A DNA stretch of 63,520 nt, the filler included, from Lenisia limosa (taxonomy: Eukaryota > Protista > Breviatea): the NCBI GenBank assembly GCA_001655205.1. It is 14 parts of 14 records of this genome, joined end to end, with 100 filler letters (N's around TTAATTAATTAA, not from the genome) between each part and the next. Parts side by side here need not be neighbours in the genome. Positions count along the whole stretch, not along the records: positions 1 to 3,098 come from LPNZ01000634.1; positions 3,199 to 7,050 come from LPNZ01001426.1; positions 7,151 to 20,420 come from LPNZ01008911.1; 11 more parts are not named here. One strand, given 5' to 3'. Numbering within the stretch: position 1 is the first letter of the stretch; every line of letters begins with the position of its first letter. The translations under genes and the position numbers were made by a program. Shown here piece after piece: positions 1-12,500 of this stretch. Under the pieces are notes generated by a model. That model ran no database searches. It was given only the letters and a program-made list of their open reading frames with translations, and had not been told where the DNA came from.

Positions 1-50
1 GTGTGTGTTCTCTTTATTCAAAAAAAAAACAGAAATTAAATAGAAACTTT

Positions 51-2648
51 TTAGGAACTTTTTAAAGAGAACAAAAACCTGGGTTTTAACATTTTTACTC
101 TTCTTTGGTAAAAGCGGCTTGGGGAGTACAATCTAGAGAATGAGGGGAACATGAGAAAATTAGAAACATTGACAGCAAGCAATATCATTTGTTCTTGAAC
201 TAGTTTTCTTTCATTCGCAACATTTATCATACCCTGCCTTTGTATTCTCTCAACAAGCCAGTCTTCAACCTGGTTGGTGAATGAGATTTTCATTAAATTT
301 AAGGATCCCAAAAGCTCATTTCGTTCACTGTACAATCCATATGATATGCTAAACATTAAGTGACCCAAACCTTCATCACAGTGCCCTCCTTTAGGGTAAA
401 TGCATGGTCCAAGCCTGGTACAAAGTGGACGTTAGCTGGAGAGTAATTATTGAAAAGTGAATGTGACAAATATTGAGTATCTACAGTAGTGAAGCACACC
501 ATTTGCCCAAGTGGTCTTAGCAATGTCATGACTCTCCATAGTTCCCCATCTGTCGTTGTCTGTGTAGAGTAAAGACAGTTTAGAGTGTAGCTGGTTCGCT
601 AAGCTGCATTGGTTGATCGTTTCACCTGGATTCGTAATTTCAAAAGGACATCTACTATGATGCATATTGTGTAATATTAAAGTATGGTGATACATGTTGA
701 CACCAAGGGAAAGAATATTTTTTTGCAAATTGGGAGGTGAAGCTTAAGATGTTTGTAATAACTATATACTATCTACAATAATACACCACCCACCAATTTC
801 TTTTTCCGACTCAGCAAGATGAAGCACATTCCGAACAAGGCCGAAAGAGAGATTTTTGAGAGGAACCAGTTCTTCTGCCATTGCTTGTATATTATTGGAC
901 AACAAAAAAGCAGTTAATATGTAGGCTTCACTTCGGTTCGGAAAAACAGGGGAAATATTGATAGTTTTCTTGAAAGTTAGTCTTTTTTTGAAGCGAAGTG
1001 AAGCCCTCTTAATATGCAATATTTGATAGAGGTACCAAGCTCAAACATTGATAAAATAAAAAAAAATTGTAATTATTCCATTTCAAAAAGATACTATTCA
1101 GAGAAACATACGTTCAGGTTTATAAAGGGCTCTGATAACGCACGTTGGTAAAATCGATACAACTCCAGCAACACAGGGGCGAAGCACTACAGAGTTTTAT
1201 TAATTATAGCAAAGTTGAAAACCACAATACGATACTTACTAGTTTGTGGGGTATCATCAATTTTGATATTTTGATGAACAAAATAAACAAGCCATAGTTA
1301 CCTGGATTGGTGACTAACTTCAGCATTGTTGGGGCACATTCCGAAAACTGACGGAACATGGGAAAGAGAAGATTCATGGACGAGATTCGAATTGAAGGAT
1401 TTTTCAATGACTAAAAGTTGACAGGGAATATCCACCACTTTTAGAAACTGTGACCGAAATGCAAGTTGACATGAGGACCAATGAAGTTTAGCAGAATCCA
1501 CCAACTCACCTGCAAAACCAAAGATGACCCTAAGGAATGTGCAGCAATATGAAGCCCGTCATGTCCATCGCTCAAGTCAGACGATAGTTTTGAGAGGTAA
1601 GACTCAACATGTATGTATTGATCCTCCAACACGGTGCCTGGTCCGGGGTTGTGGAGAGTGTGATCTTTGTGGGAAACTAAAACAGTGACTCCATTCCATT
1701 TTCAAACAATAACACTTGAATATGAAGTACAAAAAGAAGCATTGCTGAATATTTTATTTTTATAAAGACAGTTATTTAGTCCACTATCTAGGTGAGTTCA
1801 GTGTAATGTACACCGCCATACTGATATACACAGAGGTATTGCAACCAATCTTCAAGCTCAATTTTTCAGCAAATTTGGTGTAGTATTCAGCCACTCCAGG
1901 GTTTCCTTGAGAATGAAATAATACACTCCAGCTGGAGTGGGACTTCATTTCGAACTCCGTTCTGAAACCCAAAGCACTCAAACAAACAACCATATCTGCC
2001 ATTGCCGAAAAAATATTGATATTACTTGAATATGATGCCCCCCCCCCCCCCNNNNNNNNNNNNNNNNNNNNNNNNNNNNNNNNNNNNNNNNNNNNNNNNN
2101 NNNNNNNNNNNNNNNNNNNNNNNNNNNNNNNNNNNNNNNNNNNNTTCGAAGGCACACCATTGATCCAATTCTCTTCAATATCACCAGCATGGATAATCTA
2201 AGAATTTAACACATGAGCGTCAAAAACAAGTGAAAAGATGTCAAACAAAAGCGCATGAGTAATGAAAGACAGAACTAAGAAGAAGTGTGGGGTAGAAAAA
2301 ACCACCAGAGCAAATAGTTCCTACCTGTACACGATTTTCGTTATCGCTTGCAAACTGCAGAAGGCATTCAGGAAGTCCTAGAATAAAGTGAATACATACA
2401 CACTCTGGACCGCCAAAGCCCTTTATCAGACAATGTGAACAACTCTAATAAACATACTGTGGGAGTGTGTGCTGCTCAAGCCAGGAATGCAATCTTCCAT
2501 TTCCCCGCGATTCTAATATATGTAAGACTACAGTAGTAAGGCTATAACAAGAAGAGATGAAGAGGTCAAGAAGAACGAAACCTGACGTGAAAAGCCTTAC
2601 ACTAGTTGCACTTGTAATATTTTTGAATGGTGCAAATTTTTGGAACAA
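51..2648 (-). CDS. Multi-exon gene (partial model), possible alpha/beta-hydrolase-fold protein
   Basis: GT-AG exons join in frame, e.g. ...DGLHIAAHSLGSSLVLQ|FLKVVDIPCQLLVIEKS... and LPECLLQFASDNENRVQ|IIHAGDIEENW. AHSLG resembles the GxSxG nucleophile elbow. Ends uncertain. Confidence 0.4.
922..1007. mobile_element. MITE family A copy (diverged)
   Basis: TAGGCTTCACTTCGGTTCG...GAAGCGAAGTGAAGCCCT terminal inverted repeats, shared with more than 15 copies in the window. Confidence 0.8.
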
Positions 2649-2670
2649 TAAAAATTAGGCCCCAAGACAA

Positions 2671-2823
2671 ATGCACCTTGCTAATGAGGCCGAGCTCGAC
2701 CCAGAGTCGTTAGTGTCCTTTCGAGGTAACACGTATGGCCAAAGAACGTTCGATAACCAGCGCTTCAAGGTCGGCGACACGGTTCTCGTTATCCCATCGA
2801 CGTATCAGCACTTTAAAGGGGAG
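2671..2823 (+). CDS. Probable first exon of an unknown gene (BAH/KOW-like FKVGDTVLV segment)
   Basis: ATG-initiated, GC-enriched frame ending at donor gtaggc. Motif resemblance only. Confidence 0.3.
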
Positions 2824-3098
2824 GTAGGCAGGGGGGAGAGCAATTTTAATGTTGTTGCTTGTACTGTTTTGATTGAAGGAAATCAGGCGGTGAGAATTCT
2901 GGCAGCATTGTAGTCCTGTCTCAGCACTGCTTTATTTGTAATTGTTGTTAAATATATGATTGAAAATTATTAAGAGGGTATCTTCGCAAATTGTGTAGCA
3001 AGACTAATTTCTTTTTTTATGTACTAACTGTTTAACAGCGCCTTGAGTTGCACCAACTTTACTCATTTGTACATAAATAATCATATGCGGAGTAATCG

Positions 3099-3198
3099 NN
3101 NNNNNNNNNNNNNNNNNNNNNNNNNNNNNNNNNNNNNNNNNNTTAATTAATTAANNNNNNNNNNNNNNNNNNNNNNNNNNNNNNNNNNNNNNNNNNNN
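3099..3198. other. Artificial contig-joining spacer (first of 13)
   Basis: N44-TTAATTAATTAA-N44, with stops in all six frames. Others start near 7051, 20421, 24400, 29616, 42706, 44055, 48629, 51803, 53301, 55202, 60555 and 62027. Confidence 0.97.
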
Positions 3199-3228
3199 AT
3201 GAGAAGAGATGAGTATTGCAGAATGTTA

Positions 3229-3481
3229 ACAAGTACTCATGATCATTTACCAAGATATTCAACTGAGCAAGGTTCGCTACTTCATTTCGACTAACACTCT
3301 ACAGTCACTCTACGCAAATGGAGCTATGTATCGGTGACTAACAACATGCGAACTAAATATTCAGGAACCTTTGGTTTGTCTTCCACTTAACTTACTCCAC
3401 TCAACTCACTTCAGATGTTAATACTCTCGCTATACAACCAGGTGCAACCCCGGGGTTTTTCCCCAATGCAGGTTTGAACTG
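3229..3481 (+). CDS. 3' exons of an unknown gene
   Basis: Three exons join in frame (VLMIIYQDIQLSKVRYF...NGA|MNLWFVFHL...IQP|GLN*). Confidence 0.35.
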
Positions 3482-3578
3482 ATTTCCAATTAAATCATTA
3501 CTCTTTAGCCAGAGCATCGTATCATAGAAATAATCAAGTGACTCTCGGAAACGCAAATCGAATGTTATGGAACCTGAT

Positions 3579-5560
3579 TCAGAGCATTGCCATCCAAGTT
3601 CGACTCTTTTCCCCTTTTGACTTCACAGCTGGATTCAGGGAATGTTGATAGGCTTGTTTCCAATTTACCTCTGGCGCAATGGAGCTTTGTGATTTATGAA
3701 TCCGAGGTCCATGTAGTCGCGGTGAATTGGGACGGGAAAGCCAAGTTCGCTGAGGCCTGGAGGGGCCTCTAGTTGGCCTCGTTGGCGACGGGGAAGGTCG
3801 TATTTGCCGCCAGAAGGACGTGGACGGACGTGTTGGGATTCGGAATCGGGCAGTTCTTTGCGGTCTCGCCAAGGGCAGTCTTCTTAAGTATGTCGAGGCT
3901 GGCGAGGTCTTAGTTTGTTAGGTAGACCACGGTGTCGCGGCAGTCGTAGATCTCGAGCTCGAGTAGTTGCGGTCGGCGCCGGGACAGTTGGCGACGAGGG
4001 CCTCCATTGTTCCGCTGGTTACTATCCGGAAGACCTCGGACTTGCCAGTCCCGCCAGCCCTGAAAATGTACAGCATCTTGCGAGCCGAGTGAAAAGCGGC
4101 CTTCTTCGCAAGGTCGGACTTGGTCAAATACAAAAGGCGCTGAGAACGGCAAAGTCGTCGGTGACAGCCTCGGCGTTGTAGCCCAGGGTGGTGAAGATAT
4201 GGTGGAGGGCGCTTCTCTCCGTTGGCTGTGTACCGGAGCTGCGGTTCCAAGTGGTGGGGGCATCTTTCACTGTAACAGACATATGCGGGGAAAATGAGTG
4301 ATTCATCAAAGAAAGCCATCTTCAAGTGATTCCGAACATGATATGCCGACAAAGAAGGCCATCTCCCTGCAGCGGTGGGGGGGGGGGATTAAATAGAGCA
4401 GAAATTTGAGAGAAGGAGCATTATTCTTTAAGCAAATCTTAAAGGAACACACACTTACATTCTGCAGATGCAAAACAAGCCCATAATTTTATTTCCCCAC
4501 TTACACCTTCGATGTCGACCCCAATAGCGAGGAGATTCTTGATGACACCAGTGGTACCGATGGGATCCAGTGCCTTGGTAGAGACGTGGAGGACTCCATC
4601 TGATATAATGAAGAATAAACCCACTAACCTTAACCTTGGCCTTCTCCTTACTCCTAACGGCACGGGTCAAGATCATGTCAAAATCGCTTTGTCTTCATTC
4701 AAGATTACAATTCTATAATGTTAAAAAGCAGGAGAAGAACAACTTCCTCAAAAAGCCGCAACATGAAGCCAAACCACACTCAACTTAAGGTTACATACGC
4801 TGCGCGACGTTCTTAAGTGCCGAAACAAATGTTGTTGTGTTCTCCTTTTCCGGCTGCAAATGGATGCACTTAGCCACGTCAAACATTGTTGAAAATAAAT
4901 AAGTGATCATTGAAAATCACATACTGGTGACATGGAGGTTGCCGTCACTATCCACCAGGAAGTGTTGTAATCTGAGTGGTAAAAGAGAAGACTTCATCTC
5001 TAACCAATCGGTTCCTTTGACAAGCGTGTAGATCACCAACACAAGGTTATGCGTTGTACCACCTCGGACGTAGTAGTTGCGGACTTGGTAGACCGAGTAG
5101 GCTGCCCTTGTCATGAAGATACTTCACCAAAACATCGTACATATAAGAAATTCAGTAACTCAATTACGATTTTGCCCTACTTACGAAGCCCCTGGTTTTT
5201 TCAAGATACATTCATTCCACTGTGGGTTTGACCGACGTGGCGGTCTAATTGACAGCGGGTTTACTTTTGGAACCGGGATTTGGTTTTGGAAGTTGTCAAT
5301 GACAGCTAAAGAGGCCTCGAGAATACCAATACCCTGGGTGGTCATGGCATATGATTTTGATCGCTGGACAAGTTAGTGCCTCGAGGTCGACGTAGTCAAG
5401 GTAGAAACCGTCGGTGGCGACGGACTTGACTTCTCGAAAGTGGTGTCAGGTGTCGTGCAGGGCCCGTAAGTGTCCTTGTTGGCTAGTAGGTACTTGGCCA
5501 GTTTGCTACAGAAGGCAGCCGCTTCAGTTTTGGATTCGGACAGGCGAATTAAAAAAGGAA
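3579..5560 (-). pseudogene. Decayed D5-like superfamily 3 helicase (primase-helicase-like) gene of probable viral or mobile-element origin
   Basis: Walker A-like YIF(R)AGGTGKS at 4038-4064. After a frameshift: VVYLTN*DLASLDILKKTALGE (Walker B-like, TAA at 3910-3912) and HVLLAAN (motif C-like), then TAG at 3769-3771. GC3-rich blocks alternate with AT-rich GT-AG-bounded gaps upstream. Confidence 0.6.
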
Positions 5561-5908
5561 AACATTAAAAGAGTACCAATCCTCTGAGAAAAAAGGAAAA
5601 TTGATCTTCCAACCATCCAGGGAATAGTAATTAAACGCGTGAATATATCATTTACACTTGAAATTACTTAAAATTACCTAAATCCCTCACCACTTTCTCA
5701 ATTTTTCGAAGACACAAAGAGCACACAGAGTGTCATCCTTGTGCCCAAAAGGTTTTTTTTATAATAAGACGGAAAAAGTAATGGTAAATAACCTCTTACA
5801 TTCCCCAATTGTTAACTTTTTGATAATATACTACATTATGTCTCTTTTTTACTCTATTATAAACCCTTGTTATTCTCTTGTAAGACTTTTGTTCCCCCCC
5901 TCCCCCAG

Positions 5909-6889
5909 CCTCCCCGATTTAACGGTTTTCTGCAGCTCTCAGCCAGCATGAGACGGCCTCGTACCTTGGGCTCCAACCCCCCGTCCCTCCCAACCAAGCT
6001 CAACTCCTTCACCTTCAGCGACCGCAGATCTGGCTTTGGTGAGCTGCAGAAGGAGTTTATATGGCCAGGACCGATTTGCAATATGATTTTTCAACGAAAA
6101 TTGGTTAAGACTTATCCCATTCACTGAATGTACTCTGAATCATAATAGTCTTTGAGTTGATACCTGGCATCTTTCGATTATGATGGGGATTTTGAAAGAA
6201 AACTTAATGTGAAAATAATTTTTGAGGCATTGTGTTACTACTGATAATCATATAACAATTCAGATTCCGGACAATTAATTTTTTAAAGAATGAAAGTGTC
6301 TGAATTTGAGTTTACAGTACACTATGTCGCAGTTCACATTTTTTTTGTATTTATTTTAATGAATTACACTGAGTTCTAATAATGCACGTTTTCTCTCACC
6401 TCTTATAATACCCCTCTACCCTTTCGCTACACCTATTGAAGTTATCCTTATCCCCCCCCNNNNNNNNNNNNNNNNNNNNNNNNNNNNNNNNNNNNNNNNN
6501 NNNNNNNNNNNNNNNNNNNNNNNNGTGGGAACAGTGGACTACGTTGCACCCGAGGTCATCCTTGGAACTGATCACGGACCCGCTGCCGATATGTTTGGGG
6601 GTGGTGCTTTTGATCCATCACTTTTCGTTCTATTAGAACATTGAATTCTTAATAACTGAGCGTAATCGGTGTTTTAAGGCACTATGTACAAATAACATAT
6701 GATAGGTAATCAAGTATACAATTCAATATATCTTGTAAGCGTGATGGTGTGGACTGCTTCGGCCAGATACAACCNNNNNNNNNNGGATCAGGTGGGCCGT
6801 CGGCGTCATTATATTCGAATTCCTTGCTGGATGTCCGCCCTTCAACGCCGAAACACCTGACCTCATCTTCGACAACATCCTCAATAGAC
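5909..6889 (+). CDS. AGC Ser/Thr kinase fragment, MAST/IRE/Greatwall-like
   Basis: Exons 6525-6592 and 6792-6889 splice to [23 protein letters not shown]|[32 protein letters not shown]. The upstream S/P-rich exon 5909-6040 is only tentatively linked. Confidence 0.8.
6722..6774 (+). repeat. Family C repeat, 3' part, in kinase intron
   Basis: TAAGCGTGATGGTGTGGACTGCTTCGGCCAGATACAAC matches other family C copies. Confidence 0.75.
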
Positions 6890-6940
6890 GTGGGTAATTT
6901 GTGCTGTTTTGGTATTTGTTCCTTTTGATTCTGAGGGGGG

Positions 6941-6960
6941 CTCTCTCTCTCTCTCTCTTT

Positions 6961-6990
<30 letters not shown>
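6941..6990. repeat. (CT)n microsatellite
   Basis: Directly visible, imperfect. Confidence 0.9.
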
Positions 6991-6991
<1 letters not shown>

Positions 6992-7290
6992 ATGCTGGGG
7001 AGGCACGCAGAAAGCTGTGTACATTATTTAGGCAAACGAATGGGTGAATTNNNNNNNNNNNNNNNNNNNNNNNNNNNNNNNNNNNNNNNNNNNNTTAATT
7101 AATTAANNNNNNNNNNNNNNNNNNNNNNNNNNNNNNNNNNNNNNNNNNNNTACCGTTCTGGAACGGCACAAAAGGTAAGAGTCAAATTCGCTTGATTTAT
7201 TAACATCTTTAATAGGCTATTATTCTGAAAGAGGGGGGTTTCAAAAAATATTTTCGCGTAAAGGAAACTGGGTGACCCCGGCCGGGTCGA

Positions 7291-7425
7291 TTCTGATCAA
7301 AAGATCTTTTTTTTCGATTTTTTTATCTCCTCTTTTTTTTCTTCTTTTTGCTCATAATTTCTTTGTTTTGATGTTATTGAATGTCTAGTACTCAAAACTG
7401 CCGAACTTCATGTTCGCGGTTTTAA
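7291..7425 (+). repeat. About 130-bp direct repeat, copy 1 (copy 2 at 11723-11905)
   Basis: Shares TTCTGATCAAAA...TTTTTTATCTCCTC...TTGTTTTGATGTTATTGA...TCTAGT...AAAACTGCCGAA with copy 2. Confidence 0.75.
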
Positions 7426-10400
7426 CCACCAACCTATATACATATGTATAGTCAGTGAATAAAAAGGGGCCCAGTGCATAAAAAGGGGTCCATTTATTTT
7501 AAAACGCTCATAAATGCACTTTTTCTGATCATTATTCAAATTTTCTCCAAAACTAATTTGTAGAAAGTTAAAAATGCAAAAAAATATTTTTTTCGAATGT
7601 CGAAAATTTTCGAAAAGTCCAGTTCGTCNNNNNNNNNNNNNNNNNNNNNNNNNNNNNNNNNNNNNNNNNNNNNNNNNNNNNNNNNNNNNNNNNNNNNNNN
7701 NNNNNNNNNNNNNNNNNNNNNNNNNNNNNNNNNNNNNNNNNNNNNNNNNNNNNNNNNNNNNNNNNNNNNNNTCATTCAAAAAATGAATAAAATTGCGAAA
7801 AGATATAAAAAACTACTTAGTGCCATTATTAATCTCACGTACTGTAGATATTATGTATTATGATATAATATTAGAGAGTGGCAATTATCTGAGTTACTTA
7901 AAACCCATAAGGGGGGGGGACAACAAAAGGAACCTTCCATATACAAAGAGAAAACCACCATGCAAACTTCATAGAAAAGCTAATAAATAAACGATAAGGT
8001 ACCGAAATACCCATTTGTAGCTGATGGTGTGGTGAGGTCCGGCGTAGACTTTTTCGTCATCCTTGCAATTGCTGTTTCATTAGCCGTAACGCTTGAGAGA
8101 CCTGGAACGCTGTGGACCGTCAAAGGAGGGGTGAAAGTACAATAGCGAAAATGGCAGGTATGATACACATAATGACGAAAAGGAGCCAGGAAATGTGAAC
8201 TCACTTGAAATATCACTCTTCAGCTTGGCATGCACACAAGAGGATTGCGGGAAAACTGGGCAACTTCCACAAATGTGTCCGTCTCAATTGCTTTGGCAAT
8301 GAGCTTCATGAAACTGCAGATCTTTGACAGGATTACAGAATTGGAGTGCACCAATCTTTCACAACATGCACATTGCCTGAGATATTAGGTCGGAGGGGGG
8401 GTGGCAAAGGGATACGTAATAATACTAATAATATTTGTCAAATAGATCAAGTGTTTTATACCAAAATGGTACTACTTGGAATTTCACCTCTAAATGGCAC
8501 AGATTTACACACATGAGCCCTACTGTATAGATGACGTAGCAACACTATGACGAGTATTTGACCAATTTTGTTAATATTTCAGTTTTGCTCACCTTCCGTA
8601 GTCTTTTTGATATCCAGTTGTTTGAACTGCCTCAAGTGCCTCTACCAGTAACAATTTATCGTTTGGTGGCTTGTGCTTGAACCCACCCATTGCGCTTGAA
8701 CCCACCCATCTTTATTTGATTTAGGTAGAAATAAAGGCATAAAAATAAAATAAAAATGGGGAGAAGGAGTACTGTGCGAACATTGGCTTTACTGGAGTAA
8801 TTCCTCCACGGGGGGGGGGGGGNNNNNNNNNNNNNNNNNNNNNNNNNNNNNNNNNNNNNNNNNNNNNNNNNNNNNNNNNNNNNNNNNNNNNNNNNNNNNN
8901 NNNNNNNNNNNNNNNNNNNNNNNNNNNNNNNNNNNNNNACAGAAACTTCCTATTTAGGTTGAAAATACAGTAAAATATTCCTATTCATCTATCTAGGGGT
9001 ACGGCAGACATGGAATTAAAAACACCTGGGTATACGCCACGGCTCAAAGCAACACCAGCAAAATACCGTAACACACCATCACACCAGCCAAATTCTGACC
9101 ATAGCATCATCACACCAGCCGTACTAAGTGCTGGTGGAACACTTCCTCGGAGTGACCCCCTGACCAAAAGTAGAGCAAAGAACCAAGATGGTCCGCTATC
9201 GAAATTGGGTAACCAACTCATTTGGCAATAGTCACGAAAAGTCTAGAGTTAGGGCAAAATAATAAACAATAATAGTTGTGACAATAAAATGACTTGTGTC
9301 AAGCAAAAAAGCCATTCACCAAAATCAGGTTTACCGGGCTACGAGTTTCGGGAAGATGTATCCGAGGTGTTTTGCGAATTCAGTCAATATGGTTAGACCC
9401 CCATCTACGATATTACTTTACCTCCAAGGTCAGAAGAAGATATTTGATAAATTTCAAGTTCAAGTTCAAGTTCAGAAGACAGTTGAAAGATTTACAGAAT
9501 GAAAATACTAGATGAAAACAGGATTTTGGATTCGTTGTTAACGTCTAAAACAAATTTTTCAGTAATTGAATTCCAAAATTCCCTTTTTTTAGTGAAGAGA
9601 TGTTCATTATATTTAGCAATTCAACGTTTTATTTGTTTAAAGGCAAGACCTTCACAGCTATATCTGCTGAATCATCATGTGATTTGCTAATTCTAATGAG
9701 TTAGTCATAATTAATAAGGCATATATTCAAATTTTGGATTTTAGTTTAAATTGCGTGAAGGTTATTGAAACTCAGTCTTCTGTCACTCAAATTGAGTGTA
9801 GCAACTTCTTGTTTTCATTTGTTGATCAGACAATACAAAAAGTTGACAATATTTTTCTGATCTGACATTTGACACTTTTTCATGGATTGAAATTTCCCCT
9901 CATGGTTCTTCTAAATTTACAAGTGAGGTTACCCCTCAACTGAAAGATAAGTACGCCAGGTTTTGGAAAAATGAAATGTTGTTTACATTAAATCCAACAA
10001 ATTGGTCAATTTATTTTCTGAGAAACGAGGAGTTCTGGCTCATTCACATCAGGGATAATCCTTATTTGTTTGGAATTGAAAGGAAAGGTACAGTCTTCGT
10101 TTTTGGATCTAGATTGTGTATTTACCTAACTTACATATTTTTTAAAATAATAACAAAGGCTACTGCGGAAACTCTGATCAAAAGTTTTGAAATTTTGATA
10201 AAAACAATTTTTGATATTCTATTTTTTTGTATTGATATATTATTATTATATCATATATATATTTTTTTTTAGCAGTCCGATTTCTGTAATAGAAAACCTT
10301 AATTTTACTGTTTCTGTGGTGGTTATTGAATCAATTGGGTTTTGAATGACTCATATTGAAGTGAAACCCCCTTTTAAAGAAAACCTCTATCCATTGTTGG

Positions 10401-10638
10401 CACCCCTTCCTCCTTTGTGGTGACACCTAATGTGTGTGCTACTAACACAATAGTGCTCTATGGGGGCTTTGGTCCGGATCTCAGAGAGATCTGGCCAGAT
10501 AACCCAGCATAGCTGTCCTCTTCAGACTCAATTAATAACCTTAACACATAGAAGAACGCCAGAATATTTAAAATATTACCGCTGGTTAATTTTGCTACTC
10601 TGTAGATCATTACGATGGCGGCCTTCTTTCACTAACAG

Positions 10639-10725
10639 GCCTGGGCTTTGTTTGTTTTGTGGTTCTCAACCCTCGTGTGTTGCAAGCCAACAGAGTTGTC
10701 ATTGGGCTTTGTTTCATAAATAATT
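10639..10725 (+). repeat. Family D repeat copy
   Basis: CTGGGCTTTGTTTGTTTTGTGGTTCTCAACCCTCGTGTGTTGCAAGCCAACAGAGTTG...GTTTCATAAA matches 59895-60024. Confidence 0.7.
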
Positions 10726-11722
10726 GACACTCGAAAAATAACTTTTTTGCATTCTTAGTTATTGCGATAACTGAAATTTTGATCAGAAATATCTTATTTT
10801 TGAAGCGTTTTAAAAAAAACTGGTCCCCTTTTTATGCACAAGTTCCCTTTTTATTCCCAGACTGTATTATCATAGTATATATTAGCTATAATTATGTAGA
10901 TCTCAAACAATTGCTGATAATGCATGTTATGTACCATAACACTATATTACGGTTAACAATTGCTCTTTCCATGATCAGTTTTACAGTTGAAATCTTTATT
11001 GATATGTCTATGCTACGTATATATTTCAAAAACCCATTATATTACATATTTAGGGAGTCTTTTGAAAGTGCTGTCTTTTCAATCCTCTTGTTATTTATGT
11101 TATGAGATATTAAATAAGAAAAATGTTGCTCTAAATGTTGCTTTCAAATGGAATAGAGATTTTATTGTTTAGAATTTTCTTCCTTTTTGTTGTTTGAGAA
11201 TTTTAGAAAGGGACTGAACAAAGGAAAGACCGTAAAAACAGCAGTACTGGAACAATATTCTAAAAGAAAACAATAGTACTTAATAAGTAGTAAGGGTTTG
11301 GTTTCAAAAAAAAGGAATAAAAAATATTGATAAATCGTCATTGAATATATCGATAAATTTAATGTCTGGAAATCGAAAGTGAAGCCTCGCCAACGAGCAT
11401 CATGACACTTATGAGAACATATATATTGTCGGGCCAAGACCCAATGAAGTGCCTAAGCTTCCTGTTCATAGTCCAAATACTGTCAAACACACAAACCCGT
11501 GAAATATTAAAAAAATCCTGTGAAAAGGCAAAAGGGGACCCCCATGAGAAAAAAAAAAAGCTGGGGAAAATAAAAGTTCCATTTCTCTATGTATCTGTCG
11601 AAGCACAAGGTGTCAACTTCAAGCTGTCCAGGAGTTTTGATGTGTCCAATGAATTTTGAATGATGTCCGGATCTTTGAGGACCCACATATAGCAATGAAA
11701 CATAAATATCTGGCTGGTTAGA

Positions 11723-11905
11723 TTCTGATCAAAATGTCATTTTTTATTATTTTTTTATCTCCTCATTTTTTTTGATTTTTGGCCACAATTGCCTTGTTTT
11801 GATGTTATTGATAGTCTAGTGCTTAAAACTGCCGAATTTCACAATAAAAAGGGTGTTTTTGAAGCGATTTTTGATAATTTTTTTTGGCTTGTTCGGGGTT
11901 TTAAT
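11723..11905 (+). repeat. About 130-bp direct repeat, copy 2 (with about 65 nt extra)
   Basis: Aligns by eye to 7291-7425. Confidence 0.75.
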
Positions 11906-12031
11906 CCATGTTCGAGGAAAATTGGAATACTGATGTAAAATTTGAAGTGAAATATGGTACTTCCCAACAGCCCCAAAAAAAGAGTGAATTTCCCGATAAA
12001 TCCACGATAAATATCGACATTTTAGCCAGCC

Positions 12032-12500
12032 CTAAGTAGGGATGGAGGAGAGGTAACAGGCTCGGCGGCGTGCTGAAGGAGTCTTTGCCTTATGGGAGAA
12101 ATCCGGGGAGAGGTAGGCCTTGGCTTGTTGAATGCCCTTTGAAGACAAGATGCATGGTGTTCGGCCGCATCGCTTACAAGTAGTCTTCCTATAATCATCA
12201 GAGGGTGTACGGAAGAAAATATACAATATATTAGTACCTAAAAAAAGGTTGATAATTCCTATTTGATTCAACATATGTGTATGAGTATATGATAGTATAT
12301 TATACACTATAATGATACAACCAATATTACTAAATAATAGGTCCCTTCCCTACCATTTCTTGGCTTTGTATTTGTCGTTGATGAAACCGATGATATCATC
12401 AAACATCTCGTGAGAGGGAAGGAAATGGTCAAACAACAAGACACGGTAGAAGTTCATCTGGGGCACATGGGAACATTGGGCGTCCGTTGTAGAAGAGGTG
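12032..12500 (-). CDS. Small Cys-motif hypothetical gene or pseudogene
   Basis: Intron 12353-12189 joins ...FINDKYKAKKW|KTTCKRCGRTPC...TPSARRRACYLSSIPT* in frame. 5' part unclear. Confidence 0.4.

Noticed and set aside
3143-3154. Recurring TTAATTAATTAA palindrome as a biological motif (piggyBac TTAA or recombination site)
   Set aside because: It is always centred in a roughly 100-nt N block, a standard six-frame-stop linker.
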